From assembly GCF_001194135.2 (NCBI RefSeq), contig NC_068982.1, positions 117,183,888-117,247,887 of the forward strand: a stretch of 64,000 nt of DNA. The letters are read 5' to 3'. The translations under genes and the position numbers were made by a program. This DNA comes from Octopus bimaculoides (Eukaryota). Below are positions 52,918 to 64,000 of the stretch, one piece after another. A model generated the notes under the pieces. The model did no database searches and was not told the DNA's origin. It was given only the letters and a program-made list of their open reading frames with translations. Position 1 is the first letter of the stretch. Each line of letters opens with the position of its first letter.

Positions 52918-54352
52918 ATATTAAAGAACGGCAGCTCCCCATTATGTCGTATATGCCAACAACAAAATGAGACCATCGATCATGTTGTCTCCATGTGCAG
53001 TCTGCTTGCGTCTACAGAGTATCTCAACGGGCATGATAGAGCTGCACAATATATTCACTGGGTAATATGCAAAAATATGGACTTGTCCCATGATAAGAAC
53101 TGGTGGGAACACAAACCACCCCAGTACTTGAAAATGATCACATCGCACTCCTCTGGAACTTCACCATTCAAACTGACAGAAAGATAGACGCAAATAGGCC
53201 AGACATCACACTGAAAGACTTCAGACAAAAATCATGCCTCCTCATTGATATGACTGTCCCAATTGATATAAATGTATCTGTCAAGACCTACCAAAAACTG
53301 AGCAAATATAAAGATCTTGAAATAGAAATTAGCAAAATGTGGAATCTGAAGACTAAAACAATACCTATTGTCATAGGTGCCCTGGGAATGACAGCGAAAC
53401 GGGCTAATTACTACCTAGCTCAGATACCAGGAAACCCCAAAATGGCTGAAGTTCAANNNNNNNNNNNNNNNNNNNNNNNNNNNNNNNNNNNNNNNNNNNN
53501 NNNNNNNNNNNNNNNNNNNNNNNNNNNNNNNNNNNNNNNNNNNNNNNNNNNNNNNNNNNNNNNNNNNNNNNNNNNNNNNNNNNNNNNNNNNNNNNNNNNN
53601 NNNNNNNNNNNNNNNNNNNNNNNNNNNNNNNNNNNNNNNNNNNNNNNNNNNNNNNNNNNNNNNNNNNNNNNNNNNNNNNNNNNNNNNNNNNNNNNNNNNN
53701 NNNNNNNNNNNNNNNNNNNNNNNNNNNNNNNNNNNNNNNNNNNNNNNNNNNNNNNNNNNNNNNNNNNNNNNNNNNNNNNNNNNNNNNNNNNNNNNNNNNN
53801 NNNNNNNNNNNNNNNNNNNNNNNNNNNNNNNNNNNNNNNNNNNNNNNNNNNNNNNNNNNNNNNNNNNNNNNNNNNNNNNNNNNNNNNNNNNNNNNNNNNN
53901 NNNNNNNNNNNNNNNNNNNNNNNNNNNNNNNNNNNNNNNNNNNNNNNNNNNNNNNNNNNNNNNNNNNNNNNNNNNNNNNNNNNNNNNNNNNNNNNNNNNN
54001 NNNNNNNNNNNNNNNNNNNNNNNNNNNNNNNNNNNNNNNNNNNNNNNNNNNNNNNNNNNNNNNNNNNNNNNNNNNNNNNNNNNNNNNNNNNNNNNNNNNN
54101 NNNNNNNNNNNNNNNNNNNNNNNNNNNNNNNNNNNNNNNNNNNNNNNNNNNNNNNNNNNNNNNNNNNNNNNNNNNNNNNNNNNNNNNNNNNNNNNNNNNN
54201 NNNNNNNNNNNNNNNNNNNNNNNNNNNNNNNNNNNNNNNNNNNNNNCCCTAGGCATAACACCTACATGAACTTCTAACTTGTTGTCTCTTGAGGTCTCTG
54301 GGTGAGACTTGGATCCAACTTGTACAAATGCAAAACAAAAGTCAAACATAAA
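52918..54352 (+). mobile_element. R4/Dong-like LINE family A 3' half (CCHC plus RLE; gap 53457-54246; 3' UTR with (AAT)n tail)
   Basis: CRICQQQNETIDHVVSMC, then after one frameshift LLWNFTIQTDRKIDANRPDITL...IDMTVP...KLSKYKDL. Confidence 0.92.
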
Positions 54353-54370
54353 ATAATAATAATAATAATC

Positions 54371-54425
<55 letters not shown>

Positions 54426-54448
54426 TAATAATAATAATAATAATAATC

Positions 54449-54521
<73 letters not shown>

Positions 54522-54525
54522 TAAT
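54353..54525. repeat. (AAT)n microsatellite, ~170 bp
   Basis: Direct reading. Confidence 0.95.
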
Positions 54526-55529
54526 ATGCGACTGAACGTGACAGCGGCTGGACGTGTTCTTCGCTGCTCTGACCTGTCAGCAGCTGAAGACACAGAAACA
54601 GTAATACAACCTAGCAGGACAACTGAAAAATAACTCTAAAAGACTGCAATATCTACCGTTTCCTATGAGCATTTTGAATTTCCCTCAAAATAAGTTAAGG
54701 AACAGCTTTCGAACACATAAATAATCAGCTTTAAAACCTTTAATATCTACACCTGTGAATACCTATCATTTCCTTCCCCACTGAGTATTCGAAAATGTAA
54801 ACATCCTCTTTATTCTCAGTATGTTGGAGAAGCAGGATACTGCTAATCCCTATATATTTATGATTATAAATGGCTTTACCGAAAAGGTTTTTTCATACTG
54901 ACTTACCCGGCAAAATTGTTAATTATTAATTTTATTACTAATTGACGATTCCCTGCCCTGTATATCTATATCTATATATATGTATGTATATGTTTATATA
55001 TTATTGTTTTTTTTCTGCCAATAATTACAAATAGAACATTTTGAATTGCTTCTTTTCAAGGCAACGCTCTCAGTGGCCACTGCTGATAGTAAACACATTT
55101 GACCTCTGCTAACCCAAAGGATGCGAAGATTCTTTTACCTCTATGGCTGACCTCTCCACCATCTGCCGAATCTATTTATAGACCTGTAGAATATGATCTA
55201 TTCACCAACCTACTATCTAACTATTTCCTCCAGCAACCACATATGTATGATGTCAAGTACAAGACAAAGGTTGAAAATAAATGGAAATAATAATAAGGAT
55301 ATTAACAACGGTAGTGGTGGTGATGGTGATAATGATAAAAACAAATGATATGCTGCAGCAGCTAATACTAAATACTACTAATACTACAGTAATACTACAA
55401 CTACTACTATCATGATAGCAGAGGAATCTGAGACCCAAATACCACCCTTACCACTACCGCTGCTGTTGCTGCAATCACTACTGCTAATACATATAAACAC
55501 AATAATAGCAGTGATATCAGGGATGATAA

Positions 55530-58021
55530 TGATAATAATGAAAAGAAACGGGTGGAGCCTACCCATAGGCTGATTAATGATGGTGCCACAATAAAAATAC
55601 TGGCAATTGCACAAACTGATAATCTCTACCTCATATGAGTGACAATCAAAAAACAAAATAATGTGAATAACGGTGGTAATGAAACTGAAGCCAATGATGG
55701 TGACAGTGCTACACCCGGTAGGCTCAGAGATTCTGGTCCGGCTCCAGCCTGTCGATATCCAGAAAGGGTCCACCACACACGGTGTAGATGGAGCAAGCAA
55801 ATTAATGCTGTGGTTATGGAGTGTTACTACCTGAGCAACTCAGTAGAGGAAAATGGTGCTCAAATTAGGGGTAACCGACAACGTATGTATGATCATTGGA
55901 GAGAAAAGGAATTGTTTCAACTCACAGAACAGAGACTATGTGATCAAGCTAGAACAATAAGAAAATTTGTTGGTTCACAGAAGTAGAGCTCGAAGCTATG
56001 AGAAGACGAGTCATGGAGACTACCAGCAGAGATAACGATGAAAATACAGTTCTTACTCATAAGAGTAATCTCATAGTACAGGAAAGGAACTGTGATGGTT
56101 TACTTGATGAGAAGCATATAGATGATCTAAAAGAAGACAATAAAACTAATAGTGACATGACAGATGAACATCAGGCGATCTACGACAGAATAAAGGCAAG
56201 ACTACAAGAGACCGATAGCGACATTATTTGCAACCTTAAAAAGGTTGATCGATGGAAATTGAAGCAAGAAGCGAAACATGTCAATGACATTCTGAAATAC
56301 ATCAGAACAAACTACATTACAGAAACAAATAATTTGATCAAGGCAGCAAGTATTGTTGTAGCAGAAAACGTGGGTGTTGGTGTCAAGAAAAAGAAATAAA
56401 ATGGGAGTGACAAAAGAAAAGATCCATGGTGGAAAAGAAGAATCCAGTAAGGGTTAGACATGCTCTCAAAGGAAATCTCTGTGTTAGACCGAAAAGAGAA
56501 AGGCGTGCTTAAAAGCGAACAAAAATACAGGGTGCTGAAAAGGAAGTATAATATTGAAAGAAAGAGCCTCAATTTCGTATTGGAGTAACCGAAACAGCGG
56601 CTCGTTGCAAAGAAAGCAAAGATGGTAAGATACGACCAAATAATGAAGGGTTACCACCAGAATAGACTATTCAGAGTAGATCAGAAGAGATTCTATAAAG
56701 AAATAAATGGGGAGTGAACAAATGAAAAGTTGATACCAGATAACATTGAAAGTCAAATGTTTTGGAGTGACATCTGGAGCAAAGACACGGAACACAAGAA
56801 GGATGCTGAATGATTGCAAGAACTGAAACAAACGGTAGTCTTTCCAAAACAGCAGAACTAATTATTTCAGGTTAGGAAAGTAAAGGAAATTAGCGAAAAC
56901 ATGAGCAACTGGAAGGCTCAGGGAACAGATGATGTTCGTAATGCGTATAATATGATCTCACATTCTTGGATTATGTAGTGTATGAACCTCTTTGGTATTG
57001 CCTCGATGTTGAACGATTGCTTGGAAAAAGTACGGCGTATTGGAGGACGGACATACTAGTTTAGCAAAGAAGATTGGGGACAGTAGAAATTAGGAGGGGC
57101 ATCTTCCATGAGGACTGGATTTTTGCACTGTGTTTGATACCACTAACACTGATTGTGAGGAAAGAAAAAGCTGGGTATGTATTCAAAGGCCGCCAACAAA
57201 AAGTCAACCATTTGTTATTCATGGGATGACCTCAAACTTTATGGTAAAGATGAAGCCCTAGTCAATTCCCTCGTTCATACGGTGTATACATTCAGTGCTG
57301 ATATAAGAATGGAGTTCGGACGGAGAAAGTGTGGTGTGTTAATATTGAAGCGAGGCAAAATCAAATGTATGGACGGGCTGACGATACCGTCGTGGGAGGA
57401 GATTCTGAAGCAGATAGAAGAAACGGGCTATAAGTACTTGGGGATTTAGGAAATGAATAAATTGATGGAGAAAGAAATGACAGAACAATTTAAGGAGGAA
57501 TACTTGCGCAGACTGAGACTGATACTTAAGTCGTAATTAAACGGACGGAATAAGATCGAAGCTATCAACACCTGGGTGGTTTCACTCCTTAGATATGGAG
57601 CAGAGGTTATCGCATGGACAGTAGACGAAATAAACAGCTTAGACAGAAAGACAAGGACGTTTCTAACTAGATATCGAATAAGAGAGACACATAATTTGAG
57701 ATCATTGATGCAGCCATACCAAATGACACGAATCCTGTGACTAAGGATGTTGAAAAAACCACCAAGTGCTCCGAACTGAAAGTGGAAATGGCAAGACTGT
57801 ATGGAATGCGAGAAGGTAATGTAAAAGTGATACCAGTGGTGATTGGAGCGTTAGGCTCAAACCCATTGAAACTTCAAGACTTCTTAAGCAAGTGGAAATC
57901 CCATGCAAAATTGATTGGGCACAGCGCTCATTTTAAGGGAAGTATTATCTGTCTGAGGTCCTTGTGACATGACAGATGGCTCAAGACTACGGTGCATTTT
58001 TACCTACACTGTGTTACAAAG

Positions 58022-58023
<2 letters not shown>
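55530..58023 (+). mobile_element. R4/Dong-like LINE family D retaining both ends (5' UTR, N-terminal domain, RT, RLE end, 3' tail) with two large internal deletions
   Basis: N-terminal RWSKQINAVVMECYY...TEQRLCDQARTIRK, then AYNMISHSWI, NHLLF-M/DDLKLYGKD (57221-57245), YKYLGI and IDAAIP...KCSELK...VIPVVIGALG. It ends in (AAT)n at 58023-58096. Confidence 0.88.
55550..55631 (+). ncRNA. Possible degenerate HDV-like ribozyme in the 5' UTR of family D
   Basis: P2 GGGUGGA/UCUACCU (7 bp), P3 GCCU/AGGC around a CC-containing loop, GG at 55582-83 and P4 UGCCA/UGGCA. P1 and the catalytic C could not be assigned. Confidence 0.35.
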
Positions 58024-58096
<73 letters not shown>

Positions 58097-58097
<1 letters not shown>

Positions 58098-59150
58098 TGA
58101 AGACCTCACATTCGGTTGTGTTAGATGATGAGACAGTAGGGAAATTGAAAACATCACTTTCTTTTTTGTTAAATGCTGACACGGTTATAAAAGAACTCAA
58201 GCAGGAACAAACTTACAAATAACTCTGAATAAATGAGGGCTCTGGCATTCAGCATTCAAGCATAGCAGAAAAATTAGAAAGGAATTTTACAGGAGCATTC
58301 GCGCTCTCTCAAAATCCGAGTTAAATGCGCGTAACAAGGTGTTAGCTATAAATTTCTTAGCAGTTCCAGTTGTTATTTACAATTTCAATGTGTTGAATTG
58401 GAATATGAGCGAAATAAGGAAGGTTGACAGGAAAATACATAAGCTGCTGACTTGCAATAAGATGCACTTCCAAAAGACTGATGCAGATCATTTTTAACTT
58501 CCAAAAACAAGACCAAAACTGGTGCTTAGAGAGCTCAGTAATTCCGATCACGAACAGCCAACGAAAGAGACGAACCCCACTCCACATGAAATTATATGGT
58601 TAGTTCCACCGTGAAAGTAATAATTCAAGAAAACAGGAAGCATCATGAAAATGGCTCAACATGGGTGACCTTAAAAAGAATATAGAAAGGCTAATCGTCG
58701 CGGCCCAGGATCAGGCTTTGAATACTAACTCAGTGGAGAAGCATTTATACTACAAAAGTGCAACGAATCTCTGCCGAATGTGTGGGAAGAGGGTCGAAAG
58801 CGTGACTCATATTGTTAGTGCTTGTGAAAGTCTTGCGCAGAATGAGTACAAGCGCAGACACGACAAGGTAGCCCAAAACCTCCACTGGCTACTTTGCCGG
58901 AAGTAAGGATACTTGTCCAGACTGACAAAATTTTGAAGCACCGAAGGCCGGATGTAGTCACCTTTAGGATTGGCAAACAAGAATGCCTAATAATTGACGT
59001 GGCAATGCCAGGAGATCAACTTATCATGAAAGAAAGAGAAAAGATCGATAAATGTGCAGACCTGAGAAGTGAGATCGCTAAAATGTGGCGGCTATGAAAG
59101 TTAAAAATAGAGGTTGTTCTATTGTCATCAGAAGTAAAGTTATAATGAAA
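58097..59150 (+). mobile_element. R4/Dong-like LINE family E, degraded and internally deleted (thumb, CCHC, RLE)
   Basis: IVAAQDQAL...CRMCGKRVESVTHIVSAC...RRHDKVA and HRRPDVV...IIDVAMPGD...EKIDKCADLRSEIAKMW. Confidence 0.88.
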
Positions 59151-59205
59151 AGAAAGCATATATAATAATAATAATAATAACAATAATAATAATAATAATA
59201 ATAAT

Positions 59206-59422
59206 AAAATATTCAGACAAATACATAACAAAAACACCAGGACTTACAAATATATATAACATACAGAAAATTGCACTACTGGGTACTGCACACATTCTAC
59301 GCAAAACACTTTCAATACAGTAAACATAAGAGCACCACAGCAAACCACAGCACATACCCAAGGCGCACAGAGCTGCGCTCGGTAGTGAAGTGAAAGCACG
59401 TTATAAAAATAAAACTACTGAA
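59206..59422 (+). mobile_element. Dong-like family C, short 5'-truncated copy between (AAT)n tracts
   Basis: Near-identical to 24908-25124. Confidence 0.9.
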
Positions 59423-59712
59423 TAATAATANNNNNNNNNNNNNNNNNNNNNNNNNNNNNNNNNNNNNNNNNNNNNNNNNNNNNNNNNNNNNNNNNNNNNN
59501 NNNNNNNNNNNNNNNNNNNNNNNNNNNNNNNNNNNNNNNNNNNNNNNNNNNNNNNNNNNNNNNNNNNNNNNNNNNNNNNNNNNNNNNNNNNNNNNNNNNN
59601 NNNNNNNNNNNNNNNNNNNNNNNNNNNNNNNNNNNNNNNNNNNNNNNNNNNNNNNNNNNNNNNNNNNNNNNNNNNNNNNNNNNNNNNNNNNNNNNNNNNN
59701 NNNNNNNNNNNN

Positions 59713-60217
59713 AATTGATTGGAAGTGTTATCATGTACTTGTTTTGTTTTAGTATAAAAGATTGGCTACAGCAAATATTCTGCTCAATACCGCAGATTTG
59801 CTTGTCAGTTGTTTGACCTTAACCAGTTGAGCATGTTCCTTGGTGGCTGACGATATGCGCATCTCTGATCACGAGCAGAAGTAGTGGGGGAGCATGATAG
59901 CCTTGTGCTGAGAGGAATTCTTTGGGGTTTGAATAATTCACCTTTGGAAACATGGGTGTTTTGCTCAACATCCTTAAATAAGCCTTATTCAGGGACCTTT
60001 TGAGCGGGATGGGCTACTCGACCTGAAGAAAATTCTAACTGGGACCCAGCTGCGACGTCATGCGCTGTTTACCTTGATATGAGATCACCATGTCGCGCAC
60101 ATATGGTTGTGATGCATGTGCCTGGTGTATCCTTATCAGACGTGCAATCATGATGGGTATAATGGAATTCGTATATTTTACCCTAGTGTAACTTTGATGG
60201 CATGCACTGCTCTGTCA

Positions 60218-60221
<4 letters not shown>
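59713..60221 (+). mobile_element. Non-coding ~0.5 kb interspersed element ending in (AAT)n, copy 1 (5' end in gap)
   Basis: Collinear with 60933-61437. No ORF and no recognisable A/B boxes. Confidence 0.75.
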
Positions 60222-60284
<63 letters not shown>

Positions 60285-60287
<3 letters not shown>

Positions 60288-60551
60288 CGTATTAACTGGA
60301 ACGACTCAATCGTGTTAACTGGAACGACTCATGTACTGAGAAGAGCATTATCGCTGTGAAAACCACATCCATTCATGAATTCTTTTTATTTATTTATTAC
60401 TTTATTTATTTTTTATTTTTAAATACATATTTTGCATGTGAATTTGAGTGTGTAAATTGGGAATGCATACAATGAGTTTCTCTGCCCTAGGTGTACGGAA
60501 AACACTCGGCGAGTAATGGAAGAAAATTTGAAGAAAGAAGAAAAAAAAAAC
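60285..60551 (+). mobile_element. Dong-like family B 3' UTR copy with a 23-bp duplication at the 5' junction
   Basis: Matches 24294-24416 and ends in an A-rich stretch followed by (AAT)n. Confidence 0.85.
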
Positions 60552-60597
60552 ATAATAATAATAATAATAATAATCCTTTCTACTTTGTTCACATTGT

Positions 60598-60744
60598 TTG
60601 AAACTTTTGGAGAATCAGCTAAGCGATTACGTCGTCCCCAGTGTTTCACTAGTGCTTATTTTTTCGATGCCGAAAGGATGAAAGGTAAAATGGACCTCGG
60701 AGCATTTTCTTCAGGGTGCTAACGATTCTACCATATCGCCGCTC

Positions 60745-60745
<1 letters not shown>
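60598..60745 (-). mobile_element. SINE family S1, internally deleted
   Basis: Minus strand GAGCGGCGATATGGTAGAATCGTTAGC...TTTACCTTTCATCCTTTCGGCATCGAA. Confidence 0.7.
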
Positions 60746-60775
<30 letters not shown>

Positions 60776-60811
60776 TTGATGTTGATGAAAATAATAATAA
60801 TAATAATAATG

Positions 60812-60884
<73 letters not shown>

Positions 60885-60904
60885 TGATGATGATGATGTA
60901 AAAA

Positions 60905-61437
60905 TAGGCAGTGGCTCTCATGGCTTCTGATCTGAACTGACTGGAAGTGTTATCATGTACATTTTTTTTGTCTCGGTATAAAAGATGGGCTATATTAAAT
61001 ATCCTGCTCAATACCACAGATTTGCTTGTTGTGTGACTTTAACCAGTTGAGCATGTACCTTGTAGGCTGACGATATGTGCATCTCTGAAAACGAGCAGAA
61101 GTATTGAGGGTGCATCATAGCCATGTGTTGAGAATAATTCTTTGGGTTTTGAATAATTCACATTTGGAAACAAAGGTATTTCGTCCATCATCCTTAAACA
61201 AACTTTATTCAGGGACCTGATGGGATGGGATACTCAACCCGAAGAAAATTCTAACTGGGCCCGAACTGCAACGTCATGTGCTGTTTATCGGGATATAAGA
61301 TCACCATGTCGTACACATGTGGTTGTGATGCATATGCCCGGTATACCCTTATCAGACGAGTGGTCATGATGTGTATATTGGGCTTCGTATAATTGTAACC
61401 CAGTGTCATTTTGATGGCATGCACTGCTCTCCCACTC
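60905..61437 (+). mobile_element. Non-coding ~0.5 kb interspersed element ending in (AAT)n, copy 2
   Basis: Collinear with 59713-60221. It ends GCATGCACTGCTCTCCCACTC|AATAATAAT. Confidence 0.75.
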
Positions 61438-61470
<33 letters not shown>

Positions 61471-61611
61471 TCTATTTTTATAGCATATACGCAAGATCAC
61501 ACGTGCTCGGGAGCAGTGTAGCTTAAATTATTATTCGTAGTATTTCATAGACACTTAGTACTCGGAACATAGTTTAACTTTCTATATTTATTTAATTGTT
61601 ATTCATGAATA

Positions 61612-62241
61612 TATAGGTTGCTCAAAAGGTCTTTCCGTCGTCAGTATTTTATTGCAAAATAAATATTTGTAAGATGGTATAAGACTACAAATGAATATAT
61701 TAGACTTTACAAGACTTTAAAAAAACTTTACAAGAAGTGCTGAAAGTGTGTCGTCCTTCATTTTCAATACATAACATTTAATTTCTTTTTTACTGCCGTG
61801 TGAGCACTTCCTAGGCTGATTTCCGTTTCCTGTAACAATTTACATAAGGACTTTGACGGTCTTGCTAACAGTTTATCAGAAATATGGGGGTGTTTCGTCT
61901 GATCGAAGCGTAGGCCTTTCTCTTGTTGCTGCGTCTTCCACTGAGATTGTGTTTCTAAAGTTTCTTATCAAATCCCACACATTGTAATGATGTGGAACAA
62001 CAGTATTTGAAAAAGTTTCACTGAACTTCTGTTTCACAGTATACGCGCATTTATTTCCAGCTCGAAACACCCATTCAACTAAAAACGTAATTTCTTCAAT
62101 GGTTAGCATGTCGACATGCTGGAGGGTACACAATGACTGAGCGACAATGGCTGACACCCAGCCGCCCACGCAGTGATAGCCAAATTGCGCATGCCCAGGA
62201 TGAAAAATTTCACTGCGGCGAGACTTTTTGAATCCTGTATA
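61612..62241 (-). mobile_element. Internally deleted Tc1-like transposon (N-terminal HTH plus extreme C-terminus) with degenerate TIRs
   Basis: LTIEEITFLVEWVFRAG...KFSETF...LIRNFRNTISVEDA..RP and C-terminal ENEGRH. Termini TATAGGTTGCTCAAAAGGTCT and TATACAGGATTCAAAAAGTCT. Confidence 0.75.
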
Positions 62242-62293
62242 GGAATATGTATGTACGAAATTCCTCGTTATTTTAAATACGCTATTCACAGCA

Positions 62294-62468
62294 TTTCTTC
62301 TTCTTCTTCTTCTTCTTCTTCTTCCTGTTCTTCTTCTTCTTCTTCTTCTTCTTCTTCTTCTTCTTCTTCTTCTTCTTCTTCTTCTTCTTCTTCTTCTTCT
62401 TCTTTTTCTTCTTCTTCTTCTTCTTCTTCTTCTTCTTCTTCTTCTTCTTCTTCTTCTTCTTCTTCCTC
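62294..62468. repeat. (TTC)n microsatellite
   Basis: Direct reading. Confidence 0.95.
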
Positions 62469-63507
62469 CTTTGTCCTCACGTCCTACAATTCATCCTTCG
62501 TTTTTGGTATCATGTTTATCGGAAATCAATACTAATGATCTGATAAAAATCATTATCGAAACATTATCACCTCTATAAATGTGTGTTTAAAATACACTAG
62601 CTATGCTGCTACAGCAATAATTAATGATTTTTAAATCCCTCTCCAGTTTCACAATAATATCAAACATATATCATGGCATAATAACTTCAGCTACGCTATT
62701 AATGACATGTGATATTCAGCAAGCGTTATATAGCATAGAACTATGTTGTTATTAAATCCTTTATAGAAGATAAACAAAAATTGCATAGGATATGGACACA
62801 CTCACGCACGCACGCACACACACACGCACGCACACATATGTGTGCATTTATGTATGTATATGCGTGTGTTCATGTATGTGTATGTATATATTCCTTCGTG
62901 TGTCAGTGGATGTGTGCGCCTGCATACATATATACAGAAATTTTCCTTTTCATATGTTCATAATTATTTTGTACATATGTATTGTGTACATGTGTGTGGG
63001 TGTGTATGTGTGTGTGTGTGCGTGTGTGTGTGTGCGTATGTGCATATGTGTGTATGATTGAAAACGTTGGTGTCACATGTTGGAGGAACTAGAAGTACAC
63101 TTTACCTTTTAATGAGTGTATATGTTGTATATATATCATAATTAATTAATCAATTAATTAATTAATATAAGATTTCGGAGTTCCGTTGTTTCATTAGTCC
63201 AATTTCAGGAAAACTATTTCATGTGTGAAACGTGCTTTGTGATGTGCAAAATCATACGAATACATGCACGTTAAGGATAATATATATATGGATGCACATA
63301 TAAGCACAAAAATATTTTTGCACGAATAGACAATAAATACGCGCACACTCACACAGACACATCGGCGTATAATATGTAATAACATTCATACATATATTCA
63401 TGCATACTTACATACATATATATATGATACACATATATGTATATGAGGTGAAAGATGAGGAAAGAAAGAGAGAGAAAGAGAGAGATTGAGAGAAAAGAAG
63501 AGAGTGA

Positions 63508-63616
<109 letters not shown>

Positions 63617-63865
63617 TACATATCAGTATATATCTGTGAACCTGAACTCGAATATATGCACACAAAAAACTGATAACCACGCTGACAAGAACGTATGCAC
63701 TATAGAGCTGCTTCAAGCCTAGAAACACACATGAAGCGATATATGCTTTTTCATTAAAAGACGCTCACACATTAACAACGCACATAGTAAAGCATTTACT
63801 CATGCAACCTGAAGTTCCTCTAACTGCATTTAAATCAAGGCGGATATACAAAGTCCTACATCCAT

Positions 63866-63912
<47 letters not shown>

Positions 63913-64000
63913 TATATATATATATTCGCGCAAAACTCATACATTCACCTGCATTAATACGCACATCTATACACTTAGCACGCATACACATATGCTTTTA

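Noticed and set aside
54575-54610. CUGAAGA-CACA-GAAAC hammerhead-like core (also CUGAUGA on minus at ~8632)
   Set aside because: There is no stem II or closing stems, so this is expected by chance.
60905-60950. Possible minimal HDV-like fold at the start of the non-coding element (GGC-UCUCAUG-GCU hairpin)
   Set aside because: The 5' end is truncated in one copy and inside a gap in the other, so P1 and P2 cannot be verified from this window.

Overview
AT-rich, repeat-dense eukaryotic scaffold with 12 N-gaps. I found no supportable host protein-coding exon, rRNA, true tRNA gene or CRISPR array. The repeat families, heavy microsatellite load and TTAGGG telomere unit fit a cephalopod (Octopus-like) genome; this is an inference, not a database hit. 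Contents: (1) at least 14 fragments from several families of RLE-type (R4/Dong-like) non-LTR retrotransposons, nearly all sitting in trinucleotide microsatellites with the same strand polarity; (2) several tRNA-derived SINE families; (3) fossil DNA transposons (mariner, maT-like, Tc1-like, Tigger/pogo, a mariner MITE, a complete mini-Helitron); (4) an RTE LINE fragment; (5) a ~2.5 kb interstitial (TAACCC)n telomere-like array with higher-order structure. The most notable signal is two unrelated repeat families, each present twice, that carry minimal type I hammerhead-ribozyme cores downstream of a Pol III tRNA head. One copy also has an inverted tail, which suggests Penelope-like mobilisation. 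No copy is fully intact, so the folds are reconstructed by eye and untested. Long ORFs in the supplied track that cross N-runs or microsatellites are artefacts.
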